From assembly GCA_944329425.1 (NCBI GenBank), contig CALVIG010000001.1, positions 34,015 to 98,014 of the forward strand: a stretch of 64,000 bases of DNA. The letters run 5' to 3'. A model generated the notes under the pieces. The model made no database searches, had not been told where the DNA came from, and saw nothing but the letters and a program-made list of their open reading frames with translations. Source of the stretch: an uncultured Bacilli bacterium. GTDB taxonomy: Bacteria; Bacillota_I; Bacilli_A; RF39; UBA660. A program made the position numbers and the translations under genes. This document shows positions 31,815-41,859 of this stretch, one piece after another (position 1 is the stretch's first letter; each line of letters opens with the position of its first letter).

Positions 31815-32729
31815 CTAACGTTCATAATAATTTCTAATGTCATTTAATAAATTATCATTAAACGCTTTTTTTCTAATCATTTCTATTTCAAATTTATATG
31901 GTGGGTACACCCTTTGTTTTTTACCATCACTACTACTTACGTATGGTGTTTCAAGTATTTTTGGTACGTTAGCTAATTTATCATCGTAAATTATGTTAAT
32001 TAAATTATCAAAACCAACGTAACCATAACCTATGTTTTCATGTCTGTCTTTATGAGAAGAAATATCGTTTTTTGAATCATTAACGTGTACACATCCTATT
32101 TTATCCATTCCAATTACTTCATCAAATTCTTTTAAAAACTCATCAAAAGAGGCCATGTTATAACCAGCATCATGTAAATGACAAGTATCCAAACAAACCA
32201 TTAGTTTATCAGAATAACGAACACCATCAATAATACGTTTAATGTGCTCTAACTTATAGCAAATCTCACTACCCTTACCTGCCATGGTCTCCAAACATAA
32301 CTTAACTTCTTGATTATAAGTTATTACCTCATTTAAAGCGTTAATAACGTTATTAATACCCTTATCTAAATCCAAATTAACAAAACTACCAGGATGTAAG
32401 ACTATTTTTTCTACCCCAAGCATTGAAGCCCTATTAATTTCGTCCTTTAAAAAATTAATGGAAAACCTATAACTTTCCTCTTTTTCATTATTCGCTAAAT
32501 TAATAATGTAAGGTGCATGAATAATAATATTTTTTAATTCAACATTGTTTTCATATAATAAGTTTCTAGCTTCTAAGGTAAGATCATAATCTAATTTACA
32601 TCTTTTAGTATTTTGTGGTGCTCCCGTATAAAACATAAAACAATTACTTCCGTAGCTTAACGCTTCTTTAACGCTACCTACTAACTGATCATTACTCCTA
32701 AAAGAAACGTGTGAACCAATTAACAACAT
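31815..32729 (-). CDS. nfo: endonuclease IV (AP endonuclease, xylose-isomerase-like TIM barrel)
   Basis: MLLIGSHVS N-terminus, with HAPY, HPGS and CLDTCH metal-binding motifs. Confidence 0.8.
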   Translation of the reverse strand: MLLIGSHVSFRSNDQLVGSVKEALSYGSNCFMFYTGAPQNTKRCKLDYDLTLEARNLLYENNVELKNIIIHAPYIINLANNEKEESYRFSINFLKDEINRASMLGVEKIVLHPGSFVNLDLDKGINNVINALNEVITYNQEVKLCLETMAGKGSEICYKLEHIKRIIDGVRYSDKLMVCLDTCHLHDAGYNMASFDEFLKEFDEVIGMDKIGCVHVNDSKNDISSHKDRHENIGYGYVGFDNLINIIYDDKLANVPKILETPYVSSSDGKKQRVYPPYKFEIEMIRKKAFNDNLLNDIRNYYER

Positions 32730-32823
32730 GTACTACCACCTCATACTTCTTACATAAATATTATACTAAATATTGTAAAATTAGGCAAAAGAAAAAAGAG
32801 CTTTTAAGCAAGCTCTTTAACTT

Positions 32824-33279
32824 TTATTGTCCAGAAGTATTTGCAGTAGTGGAACAATCAGCTGTAAAAGTCATAGCATTTCCACTCACTGTATAACCAG
32901 ACTTTATTTTCTTTGTACCCGATTTCCCATCGGTACTATAATAATTGGTTAACGTAACGTTACCAAACTGTCCTTTAGCTGTTACGGTGACTTGATTCCC
33001 TGAAATGCTAATACCATAATCTTCATCGTTTACAGTTTCACCATTGTGATCAATTTCACTCATATCTGCTAGTTCAGAAACTGAAAGTTTATCATTTTGT
33101 GCACATAACATGTTAGCATTTTTTTCAATCATTTGGACTGAATCGTAGAATGAATCCGCTCTTGATTTTTTAATCGTCTTATTTACTTGTTGGGTTGCAA
33201 TAACCATTATGATTGCTAATACTACGATAACCGCTAGTAACTCAATTAACGTAAAACCTTTTTTATTCATTTTTTTCAT
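32824..33279 (-). CDS. type IV pilin/pseudopilin-like protein with prepilin-type N-methylation signal
   Basis: KKGFTLIELLAVIVVLAIIMVIA. Confidence 0.7.
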   Translation of the reverse strand: MKKMNKKGFTLIELLAVIVVLAIIMVIATQQVNKTIKKSRADSFYDSVQMIEKNANMLCAQNDKLSVSELADMSEIDHNGETVNDEDYGISISGNQVTVTAKGQFGNVTLTNYYSTDGKSGTKKIKSGYTVSGNAMTFTADCSTTANTSGQ

Positions 33280-33339
33280 TTTTATTCCTCCTATTATTAC
33301 AATTAAATATTATCATTATTACGAAGTTTAGTCAATATT

Positions 33340-33891
33340 TTATATCTTTCTTTTAAGTATATTTACAATTTTAGAACCATATTTTTTACATTTATAAATA
33401 ATCAAGTTTTGGTATTTAGAATAATCTATGTTTAGCTCTGTTTCACATACTATTAATCCATTATCACTCAATAAGTTTATGTTATCATTTATTATCGTTA
33501 ATGACCTATCTATTTCGTTAGTATTATATGGTGGGTCTAAAAAGATAACATCAAATACTTTACCCTCGCTTATAAAACTTTTTAAAGTGTTTATAGCATC
33601 ACCATGGATAATATTAGTATTTACCACGTTTAACGTTTTTATGTTATCTTTTATCGTGTTTATCGCAATTTTATTATTATCCACTAAATAAGCTTCTTTA
33701 GCTCCGTTACTTATTGCTTCTATAGCTAAATTACCAGTTCCTGAATATAAATCTAGCACTACAGCATCTTTAACATAACTTTGTATCATTGCAAAAACCG
33801 ATTCTTTTACCCTATCCATGGTTGGTCTTGTACCAATCATATCATAACCTTTTAAAGTTCTTCCCTTATATAAACCACTTATTATTTTCAT
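33340..33891 (-). CDS. rsmD: 16S rRNA (guanine966-N2)-methyltransferase
   Basis: DLYSGTGNLAIEA SAM-binding motif and the FLDPPY catalytic motif. Confidence 0.85.
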   Translation of the reverse strand: MKIISGLYKGRTLKGYDMIGTRPTMDRVKESVFAMIQSYVKDAVVLDLYSGTGNLAIEAISNGAKEAYLVDNNKIAINTIKDNIKTLNVVNTNIIHGDAINTLKSFISEGKVFDVIFLDPPYNTNEIDRSLTIINDNINLLSDNGLIVCETELNIDYSKYQNLIIYKCKKYGSKIVNILKRKI

Positions 33892-33937
33892 TAATAAATC
33901 ACCTACATAAATTTTATCACATATAAACTAAAAAGTA

Positions 33938-34234
33938 TTACTTTTTATTAGTAATACTTTTTATTCTATTATTTATTTGGATGGTAAGCATGTTAATTTT
34001 ATTTTGCAACTGGATATACTGACTAATTAAAGGATCCTTAAGTAACTTTATTTTTGCTTTTACGAATTCTTCTTTATAACCATACTTTTCATATAATTCT
34101 TTTGCATTATTAAATTCCTCAATTATTTTTTTTGTTTTACTACTATTACTTATTTTTTGTTTAATATCAGAAATATTTTTTTTAAAATCACTTTTTTCTA
34201 TTTTATCTATTATTTCATATGCTTTTTCTACCAC
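33938..34234 (-). CDS. hypothetical coiled-coil protein
   Basis: ORF only. Confidence 0.3.
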   Translation of the reverse strand: MVEKAYEIIDKIEKSDFKKNISDIKQKISNSSKTKKIIEEFNNAKELYEKYGYKEEFVKAKIKLLKDPLISQYIQLQNKINMLTIQINNRIKSITNKK

Positions 34235-34239
34235 TTACA

Positions 34240-34461
34240 TCACCTCAAAACGTTAATGAATTTACTAACCATATCAATTTTATCTATAAAATTATTTATT
34301 TTATCAGTAGTTCTTAATTTATATTTTTCCTTAACTTCAGAAACGAAAACATCCATCATTTCAGGGTTTCTCATGAGTGTTTTATACCAATAAGAATTAG
34401 ATCTTAAATACCTTTTATAATCAGGGTTTGAATCAAGAATGAGTTTTACTTTAATATCCAT
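34240..34461 (-). CDS. YlbE-like small protein
   Basis: Weak, from-memory similarity (PDYKRYLRSNSYWYKTLMRNPE) and conserved synteny near rsmD. Confidence 0.35.
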   Translation of the reverse strand: MDIKVKLILDSNPDYKRYLRSNSYWYKTLMRNPEMMDVFVSEVKEKYKLRTTDKINNFIDKIDMVSKFINVLR

Positions 34462-34829
34462 TAATCCTCAAATTTCTTAAATAACTGCCTAGGTTCATAC
34501 CCTTTTGACGTATTAACCGCATCTTTAGCGGTTAAACCCTGAAGTAACTCAACTATTTTTTGCAAACCATTTACACCCTTTTGAACTGAATTCATGTCTA
34601 TTTTTTTTATCATATCAGCGATTGATGCAAAGTTAAAAGTTTCTTCTTTATTAACAGCTTTATTTTCTTTATTAATTGGTTTATACATTTCCCAAGCTTT
34701 TTCATCTTCCCCATACAATGACCACTGCTCATAAAATTTTTGCCAGGTCATCTTTCCTGAATTAACATACCCTATTAATTCAGGTTTTTTTCTTACAAAT
34801 GCTTTAAATTCCTCTTTCAAGATAATCAC
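34461..34829 (-). CDS. YlbD-like (putative spore coat) protein
   Basis: FKAFVRKKPE...WQKFYEQWSLYGEDEKAWEMY resembles the YlbD family, with matching synteny. Confidence 0.4.
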   Translation of the reverse strand: MIILKEEFKAFVRKKPELIGYVNSGKMTWQKFYEQWSLYGEDEKAWEMYKPINKENKAVNKEETFNFASIADMIKKIDMNSVQKGVNGLQKIVELLQGLTAKDAVNTSKGYEPRQLFKKFED

Positions 34830-34840
34830 CCTAATATAAT

Positions 34841-35536
34841 TTATGCATTTTTCGATGATTTTTTCATTTTCTTTAATTCTATTTTATCATTTTTCAAAAC
34901 CCTATTAGATTCTATTATTTTGGAAATAGCTTTATTATAAGTTACTAAATCAATATTAGTACGTTTTAAATATTTAATGGTTTTTTTTGGATACTTTACG
35001 TAACATTCACATATTAACCATGCCTTAGACATCATAACATAATAATCATGATTTACATCATTATCAATTAGCTTATATATTTCGTTTAAGTATTCTTCAC
35101 TTACAAAATAATTAAGAAGGCATACAAAAGAAAATCTAACCCTCCAAGGGTTACTACTTAATAAGTTTCTTTTTATAAAGTTCATAAACTCATCTTTTAT
35201 TTTGTTTAAGGTTTTACAAGATGAGCATATCATATCACAAACTGCCCAATTATCTATTTTATCCAAAAACTTATCTAGCTTTTGTATAATTATAGATGGA
35301 TCCTTTATGTTAGAAATTACCATACCTTCTAACAAAACTTCTTCATAATAGTTATTTTTAACTTGATTTAAAAATGCCTCGTAATCAGTTTTTGCTATTT
35401 TTTTAGATATTTTTCTTAATACGGGAACCCTAACCCCAATTGTATTCATTTTTGTGTTTATTATTTTATCATTAAATATTTTATATTTAATGTCTTTATT
35501 ATGCTCTAACAATTTTAATATATCCTCATAGTTCAT
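34841..35536 (-). CDS. DNA alkylation repair protein (AlkD/AlkC-like HEAT-repeat glycosylase family)
   Basis: Size and N-terminal pattern (ILKLLEHNKD...KIFNDKIINTKMNTIGVRVPVLRKISK). Confidence 0.6.
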   Translation of the reverse strand: MNYEDILKLLEHNKDIKYKIFNDKIINTKMNTIGVRVPVLRKISKKIAKTDYEAFLNQVKNNYYEEVLLEGMVISNIKDPSIIIQKLDKFLDKIDNWAVCDMICSSCKTLNKIKDEFMNFIKRNLLSSNPWRVRFSFVCLLNYFVSEEYLNEIYKLIDNDVNHDYYVMMSKAWLICECYVKYPKKTIKYLKRTNIDLVTYNKAISKIIESNRVLKNDKIELKKMKKSSKNA

Positions 35537-35590
35537 TTCAAATCACCTTTTATATTATAACAAAAATATTCAGAACGTTTATTCCGAATA

Positions 35591-36307
35591 TTATTTTTGT
35601 ACTATAATGGTTATCATATTATAATCCTCATTAAGGGTAGAATTACACGTCATACTAAGACTATAATAAGAGGTTTTTTCATAATAAAACTTCTCTTCCA
35701 AAAGCTTAGAAACCGCCTTTAAATCAACGTTAACCTTAACGAAGTTATTTATTAAAGAATTTATGTTATTGCTAACGTTTGCGCTATTTAAATCACTTAC
35801 TTTATATGATATATTTGCCGTTAAATAGTAAACGTTATAATCTTCATCATAATAAACGCTAATGTTATCAATAACGTTTTTAGCTTGCGTACGATACGCA
35901 TATGACGCTATATAATTTTTATCATTTAAAGACCTTATTTCTTCTTTAGATACATCAAAACCAACGTTTTTAAAAAGTACGCTTCTTTTATCAGGTTTTA
36001 TGTTAGCATATTTTTCTTCAAACTTATTAACCAATTTATAATTTGTATTATCTTTTTCATCTAATAATTTCTTATTCAAAAAACTTGAACCAACGAATAA
36101 AACAAGTAAAATTATAACTAGAAAAATCAAGCCTAATATTTTTTTTGATTTTTTTAGAGATATTTGAATGTTTTTCTTTTTTACATCACCTGGAAATTGT
36201 TCAAATACTATTTTACCCCTTGATTTATCCTTTTTTTCTGAATAAGAGGTTTTTATATCTTTCATATTAACACCTCTATCATGAATATAATAACATTTAT
36301 TCATCAT
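35591..36307 (-). CDS. membrane-anchored hypothetical protein
   Basis: Single TM around residue 60 with an extracytoplasmic C-terminal domain. Confidence 0.3.
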   Translation of the reverse strand: MMNKCYYIHDRGVNMKDIKTSYSEKKDKSRGKIVFEQFPGDVKKKNIQISLKKSKKILGLIFLVIILLVLFVGSSFLNKKLLDEKDNTNYKLVNKFEEKYANIKPDKRSVLFKNVGFDVSKEEIRSLNDKNYIASYAYRTQAKNVIDNISVYYDEDYNVYYLTANISYKVSDLNSANVSNNINSLINNFVKVNVDLKAVSKLLEEKFYYEKTSYYSLSMTCNSTLNEDYNMITIIVQK

Positions 36308-36317
36308 TAAAACAATA

Positions 36318-37787
36318 TTATTTTCTCTTAGTCATTAATAGATTTACTATGTTTTCAGCAAATTCATTATTTATTTTTAAATACTCATCCCATAGATCAG
36401 GTATTTCGGCAGCTTTCAAAATGGTACTTTCCAAATAGCATAAGCTTTCGTTACGTTCTTTTGTTTTGCTAATAACGTGATAACCTTTATGGTCTTTCTT
36501 ACAAAATACCCCCAATATTATAAAAACGTTTTCTGATAATTTTTTATATGTAATTCTAATATCATTTATCCTAACCTTAAATACTTTTTTTATCGTCGTT
36601 ATGGAACTTACCTTTGTTTTAGGATCATTATTTTTTATCATTTCTAATCCTTTTAAAACATCAACATAATACTCGCTTGGTATATTACCTTTAAGGATGT
36701 CAGAATAAACCTTGTTTTTCTTTTCCAAAAATCCGTAATATAACAAAACGTTTTGTTCACCATTAACATCTTTTACAGGTTCATTTTTCAAATTTTCTAA
36801 ATATGTTGATAAATAATTTTTTAACAACTTTTCTTTTTCAGTTAATCCTAATAAATTAATTATTCTTAATAAAATTTTATCAATATTGCAATCATATTTT
36901 ACGGAATCCAAAAATAAATTAATATCTTTATAACTATCAAAGAAATTTAACGCCATTAAGTAGTTTTTAGCTAAATAATTAGTGGTTGCTTCATCATCTT
37001 CATCAACATCATCTTCTTTTATCGGGTCTAAATTATCGTCAACGTGAATTTTACAATTGCCTTTTTCCTCTTTTTCTTTATGAACTGATAAAGTAGGTAA
37101 ATCCTTAGGCTTCAAACTTAACAAATATTCGTTTAATTCAGTTGATAATTTGTTTTTTTCTTCTTCATTTGCTATTTTTGATAAAAGTAAGGTAATTGAA
37201 GAAATATCCCTAGGTGTAAGCTTACTATTACTTTGAATGTTTTTTAAAGCATATTCTAAAACTTTCTTATCATCCTTTACGTTTTCTTTTTCTTTTAATA
37301 AGTTTTCATATAAATCAATCATTGATCCACAAACATACAAAACAATTTCTTCATTTAATTTAAATAGTTTATCATCTCTTTCTTTCATCATGATTAACTT
37401 ATCATAAACTTCTTTTAACCTGTTATTTGCGCGGCTTTTTATTGCTAAACTATTTAAAAACTCATCACTAAATATTATCTTTTTTGATAAACCATAGCTT
37501 TGTAAAACAAGATTAACCTCACTATCATGTTCTTCAAACAAAATTTTATTTCTTAGCATTTGCTCAATAGCTACCAAATTAATCTGCTCCATAATTTCGG
37601 TTAATTTGTCTAATAAAACTTTATTTTCAGTCAATCGTAAAACGTTTTCTTTTTTAAAATTTCTTCCCTTCGGCTTTAAAGCTTCATAAACTGGTTTATA
37701 CTCTAATAAACGTTTGTTTAAATTTTTTATTTGTATTTCGTATCCGTTAATCTCATGTTTAATTAAATTTATTAAATTTTCACACAC
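36318..37787 (-). CDS. hypothetical 489-aa protein (C-terminal segment RelE/HigB-like?)
   Basis: ORF. The C-terminal VRINDIRITYKKLSENVFIILGVFCKKDHKGY resembles the RelE/ParE/Gp49 fold signature. Confidence 0.3.
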   Translation of the reverse strand: MCENLINLIKHEINGYEIQIKNLNKRLLEYKPVYEALKPKGRNFKKENVLRLTENKVLLDKLTEIMEQINLVAIEQMLRNKILFEEHDSEVNLVLQSYGLSKKIIFSDEFLNSLAIKSRANNRLKEVYDKLIMMKERDDKLFKLNEEIVLYVCGSMIDLYENLLKEKENVKDDKKVLEYALKNIQSNSKLTPRDISSITLLLSKIANEEEKNKLSTELNEYLLSLKPKDLPTLSVHKEKEEKGNCKIHVDDNLDPIKEDDVDEDDEATTNYLAKNYLMALNFFDSYKDINLFLDSVKYDCNIDKILLRIINLLGLTEKEKLLKNYLSTYLENLKNEPVKDVNGEQNVLLYYGFLEKKNKVYSDILKGNIPSEYYVDVLKGLEMIKNNDPKTKVSSITTIKKVFKVRINDIRITYKKLSENVFIILGVFCKKDHKGYHVISKTKERNESLCYLESTILKAAEIPDLWDEYLKINNEFAENIVNLLMTKRK

Positions 37788-37823
37788 CGTAAATCACCTT
37801 AATAATTATATCATAAAAAGAAA

Positions 37824-38519
37824 CTATAGTTTTATAGTTTCTTTTATTTTTTTTATTACTTTTTTTTCAATACGAGATATGTAACTTTGAGATATGTTTA
37901 ATTTTTCTGCTAATTCTTTTTGAGTTATTTCTTTTTCTCCAAAAAGGCCATATCTTAATTTCATTATTTGTTTATCTCTTTCGGGTAAATTATTTATCTC
38001 TTTCATTAATGTTACTTTTAAATCATTATCTTCTAGTTCTTTTGTTACTAAATCAGGATCAGTGCCCAAAATATCTTCTAGGTGTAATTCGTTTCCCTCT
38101 GAATCATATGACAAGGATTCTTCTAGAGAAACATCGCCATTTCTTTTTTTATTCTTTCTTAAATACATAAGTATTTCGTTATCTATACACCTTGATGCGT
38201 ACGTAGCTAATTTTATGTTTTTATCCATCTTATAAGTATTTATCCCCTTGATTAAACCTATTGTTCCAATACTAACCAAATCCTCTAAGTCTATTTTCGT
38301 GTTTTCATATTTCTTAGATAAATAAACTACCAATCTTAAATTATGCTCTATAAGTTTGTTTTTAGCTTCGTTACTTCCCTTTGATGCTTCTTCTAAATAT
38401 TTCAATTCTTCTTGCCTTGAAAGAGGTTCAGGAAGTGCATCTTGTGCTCCAACGAAAAATATAGTACTAACTTTTTTAAATAAGCTTTTAATAAAACTAA
38501 TAATTTTTTTCATATACAA
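37824..38519 (-). CDS. sigE: pro-sigma-E, sporulation sigma factor
   Basis: N-terminal pro-sequence then ALPEPLSRQEE...ERNLRLVVY...IGTIGLIKGINTY...KLATYASRCIENEILMYLR, almost diagnostic for SigE. Confidence 0.85.
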   Translation of the reverse strand: MYMKKIISFIKSLFKKVSTIFFVGAQDALPEPLSRQEELKYLEEASKGSNEAKNKLIEHNLRLVVYLSKKYENTKIDLEDLVSIGTIGLIKGINTYKMDKNIKLATYASRCIDNEILMYLRKNKKRNGDVSLEESLSYDSEGNELHLEDILGTDPDLVTKELEDNDLKVTLMKEINNLPERDKQIMKLRYGLFGEKEITQKELAEKLNISQSYISRIEKKVIKKIKETIKL

Positions 38520-39305
38520 TCATCTCCTTAACAATTTTTTATGCAATAACAAGTCTACCCCATCTATTTGAAAATTATTGTCACTTATACCAACCAAACA
38601 TTCTTTTTCAATTTTTTTACCATTTATTATTAATTCTTTTATCCTAAAACACTTAATTAATCCATTACCTTTAACGGTTAAACAAGGTACTAATATGGTT
38701 TTAGGGTTATATCCATTTAAAACATGTTTACTAATTATTATTATAGGTCTTTTTTTATAAGGATCGCTAAGGTTATTACCAGTATCTAAAAAACCAGTAA
38801 CATTGATCTTTTTATTATTTAAAAACCTAATTGAAACTTCATACTTTTTAGAATATTCTTCTTTAAGCTTCCTTGTTTTAATCACGTACGTACCTAATAA
38901 GATTGGCGATAATATAATTATTAAAACAACGTTTATTCCCATACCATTATGAAAAAAAATAAGGCCGGTATTTTTATAAGACATCTCAACGTTAACATAA
39001 TATAAAAAACCTCCCAAAATTATACTTATTAAATATAAATATATTAAGTTATTAAGCGTATATTTTATGTTTTTGTACGAAAAAGTGATCATTACCATCA
39101 ATGTTGAAATTAAAATCTTAACGAAAAAAAATATCGTAGAACTTATGTTAATGAATAAAAAAAGAATACTTATACCACCTACAAAGGCACCAAGAAATAT
39201 TCTTGAAATTTTAACGTTTCTTTTTAATATCAAAGAAACTGATAATAATAAAATAAAATCTAAAAAAAAGTTTAATAGTATAATTAGATCAACGTATATT
39301 TTCAT
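38520..39305 (-). CDS. spoIIGA: sigma-E processing aspartic peptidase SpoIIGA
   Basis: MKIYVDLIILLNFFLDFILLL N-terminus, membrane N-domain, and the position between ftsZ and sigE. Confidence 0.8.
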   Translation of the reverse strand: MKIYVDLIILLNFFLDFILLLSVSLILKRNVKISRIFLGAFVGGISILFLFINISSTIFFFVKILISTLMVMITFSYKNIKYTLNNLIYLYLISIILGGFLYYVNVEMSYKNTGLIFFHNGMGINVVLIIILSPILLGTYVIKTRKLKEEYSKKYEVSIRFLNNKKINVTGFLDTGNNLSDPYKKRPIIIISKHVLNGYNPKTILVPCLTVKGNGLIKCFRIKELIINGKKIEKECLVGISDNNFQIDGVDLLLHKKLLRR

Positions 39306-39393
39306 ATAATCACCAAGATAATTATAAAAAGAAAGTATTTAAATAACTGTCTAATTATGTTCAATAAAAAAAGAATGCTAATTTTTAGCATTC

Positions 39394-40485
39394 TTAAAAA
39401 CTTCTTCTATTCTTTAAAAAGTTTGGTATATCATCATCGTCGTCATCATCATCTTGAATTAGGTTACTAACCCTCGATTGATTCATTGAATTACCAGCAT
39501 TAATTTGGTTATTGCTTGCTTCTTGAGCCTTTTGTTCACCCTTTTCAAAGCCGGTTGCAATAACGGTTACTATTACTTCATCAGATAAATTTTCGTTAAT
39601 AACCGCACCAAAAATAGTGTTTATGTCATTGTTTGAAGTTGATCTAACAACTTCTGCTGCGTCTTCTGCTTCAAACAAAGTAAGATTAGCACCACCAGTT
39701 ATGTTTATGATTGCATCGGTTGCTCCAGAAATATTAGTTTCAAGAAGTGGGCTTGAAACGGCTTGCTTAGCAGCTTCAACAGCTCTGTTTTCACCAGTTC
39801 CCATACCAATACCAATAAGTGCGTTACCACTTTTTTCCATAACCGCTTTAACATCAGCAAAATCTAGGTTTATTAAACCAGTAACCGCGATTAAATCAGA
39901 AATTGATTGAACTCCTCTATGAAGTACGTTATCAACCTCATGGAAAGCTTCTACCATTGGGGTTGATTTATCGATTATTTCTCTTAACCTATCATTTGGA
40001 ATAACGATTAGAGTATCTACGTGTTGTTTTAACTCTGATAAACCACTAATTGCTTGAGCCATCCTTCTTTTACCCTCAAAACTAAATGGTTTAGTAACTA
40101 TTGCAACGGTTAAAGCACCAAGGCCTTGAGCTATTTCAGCGATAACAGGTGCTGCACCAGTACCTGTTCCACCTCCCATACCGCAAGTGATAAATACCAT
40201 ATCTGCGCCTTTTAATGCTTCTTCTATTTCTTTTTTAGATTCCAAAGCGGCCTCTCTACCAACTTCTGGGCGTCCGCCTGCTCCTAAACCAGCTGATATT
40301 TTAGAACCAATTTGAATTTTTGTTTCTGCCTTTGAACTATTTAAAACTTGTAAATCAGTATTAGCAACGATAAACTCAACGCCCCTAACACCACATTCTA
40401 TCATGCGGTTAACGGCGTTACCACCGCCACCACCAACACCGATAACTTTGATTTTTGCTAATTGATCTACTGGTAAACCAAACAT
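39394..40485 (-). CDS. ftsZ: cell division GTPase FtsZ
   Basis: [10 protein letters not shown] tubulin signature, [17 protein letters not shown], and an acidic C-terminal tail. Confidence 0.95.
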   Translation of the reverse strand: MFGLPVDQLAKIKVIGVGGGGGNAVNRMIECGVRGVEFIVANTDLQVLNSSKAETKIQIGSKISAGLGAGGRPEVGREAALESKKEIEEALKGADMVFITCGMGGGTGTGAAPVIAEIAQGLGALTVAIVTKPFSFEGKRRMAQAISGLSELKQHVDTLIVIPNDRLREIIDKSTPMVEAFHEVDNVLHRGVQSISDLIAVTGLINLDFADVKAVMEKSGNALIGIGMGTGENRAVEAAKQAVSSPLLETNISGATDAIINITGGANLTLFEAEDAAEVVRSTSNNDINTIFGAVINENLSDEVIVTVIATGFEKGEQKAQEASNNQINAGNSMNQSRVSNLIQDDDDDDDDIPNFLKNRRSF

Positions 40486-40497
40486 TTTATTTCCTCC

Positions 40498-41766
40498 TTA
40501 ATTGTCAAAAAAGTAGCTAAAAAACCTTCCGAATACCGAATCACTTCTACCTATTCTTGTTTTACTATGTACCAAGCTATCGACATCGTCACTACTAAAC
40601 ATTGAATATTCTTTTCCCCTTAATTTTATCTTTTTAACAAAGTGCTTAATCGCACCAGATATGGTAATAAACCTTGCCTTCCTAATTCCTAAAGTATTTA
40701 ATGAATAAGTGGATGCTTTCTTACCAAATAAATCATCCAAAACAAAGTTAATACCCGGCATATCTGTTATGCCACCTAGTACCATTATATAACGAATTTG
40801 TTTATTTGTTAATACTTTTAATTCATTTTTCGCAACATTTAATATCTGAGATAACCTTTTATTTATCACTTGTGAAAGTTCATACTGATTTATGCTAACA
40901 AGTTTTCCATTAACATCCCGAGTCTCATAAGTTTCGTTTTTGTTAGCATACCTAGGACTAGCAACACCAAAATATTCTTTTATCTTACGGGCAGTCTTTT
41001 TATTAGTATAATAAATATAAGATACATCCTCATCAATTATCTTACTTCCCATCTTAACGATGCTACTATTAGTTATGATACCTTTATTAAACACCGAAAT
41101 AGTAGTTAAATCCTTACCTATGTTGATAATTGCACTACCAGTTTCATCCATTTCATCATTTTTTACTTCTTCATAATCACATATTGATCCAAGAGCTAAA
41201 TCTACAACTTCAAGTCCTGCGGCTTCAATAACCTTAACGTATGATATAACGTATGTTTTTGGAACAAGTGCAAGCATGGCTCTAATACCTAACCTATCAC
41301 ATATTTTGTTAACAGGATCTTTTAAAGTTTCTATCTCAGAACCATTTTCATAAATGGTAAAATCAATTGGAGTTATACTAACAAGTTCCATGTTAGGTGC
41401 AATATCATTTATAACGAAATTTTGAACCCTTAAAACGTCTTTTTTGGTAACCATCTTCTCATCGTTTATTATCGGAACATTTCCATGAACTAAATTAAAT
41501 TCAGCATCTAACGCAGGTATGACCAAAACCACTTTTTTTACGTTAACATTGATCCTAGAATTAATGTCTTCAATCGCCAATTTAATTCTTTCCAATAAAA
41601 CGTTTTCATCAATTATAATCCCGTTTTTAACGCCTTTTGATCTAACTGATGAAACCGCTAAAGTTCTTAATTTGCCTTGAAAATATTCACTAACTAAAAT
41701 ACGAATCGTATCAGAGCCAATATCAACACTAGTATATATTTTCTTCATTAGCACTACTCCTATCAT
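40498..41766 (-). CDS. ftsA: cell division protein FtsA (true start probably the internal MKKIYTSVDIGS)
   Basis: Actin-like ATPase motifs (VDIGSDTIRILV, GGITDMPG) and its position upstream of ftsZ. Confidence 0.8.
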   Translation of the reverse strand: MIGVVLMKKIYTSVDIGSDTIRILVSEYFQGKLRTLAVSSVRSKGVKNGIIIDENVLLERIKLAIEDINSRINVNVKKVVLVIPALDAEFNLVHGNVPIINDEKMVTKKDVLRVQNFVINDIAPNMELVSITPIDFTIYENGSEIETLKDPVNKICDRLGIRAMLALVPKTYVISYVKVIEAAGLEVVDLALGSICDYEEVKNDEMDETGSAIINIGKDLTTISVFNKGIITNSSIVKMGSKIIDEDVSYIYYTNKKTARKIKEYFGVASPRYANKNETYETRDVNGKLVSINQYELSQVINKRLSQILNVAKNELKVLTNKQIRYIMVLGGITDMPGINFVLDDLFGKKASTYSLNTLGIRKARFITISGAIKHFVKKIKLRGKEYSMFSSDDVDSLVHSKTRIGRSDSVFGRFFSYFFDN

Positions 41767-41859
41767 GTAATAACTTTACCATATAAAGTTATTATACTAT
41801 ATAAAACGATTTTTTTAAATACATAATTAATTTAAAAAATAATTAAATTCCTCCATGTA

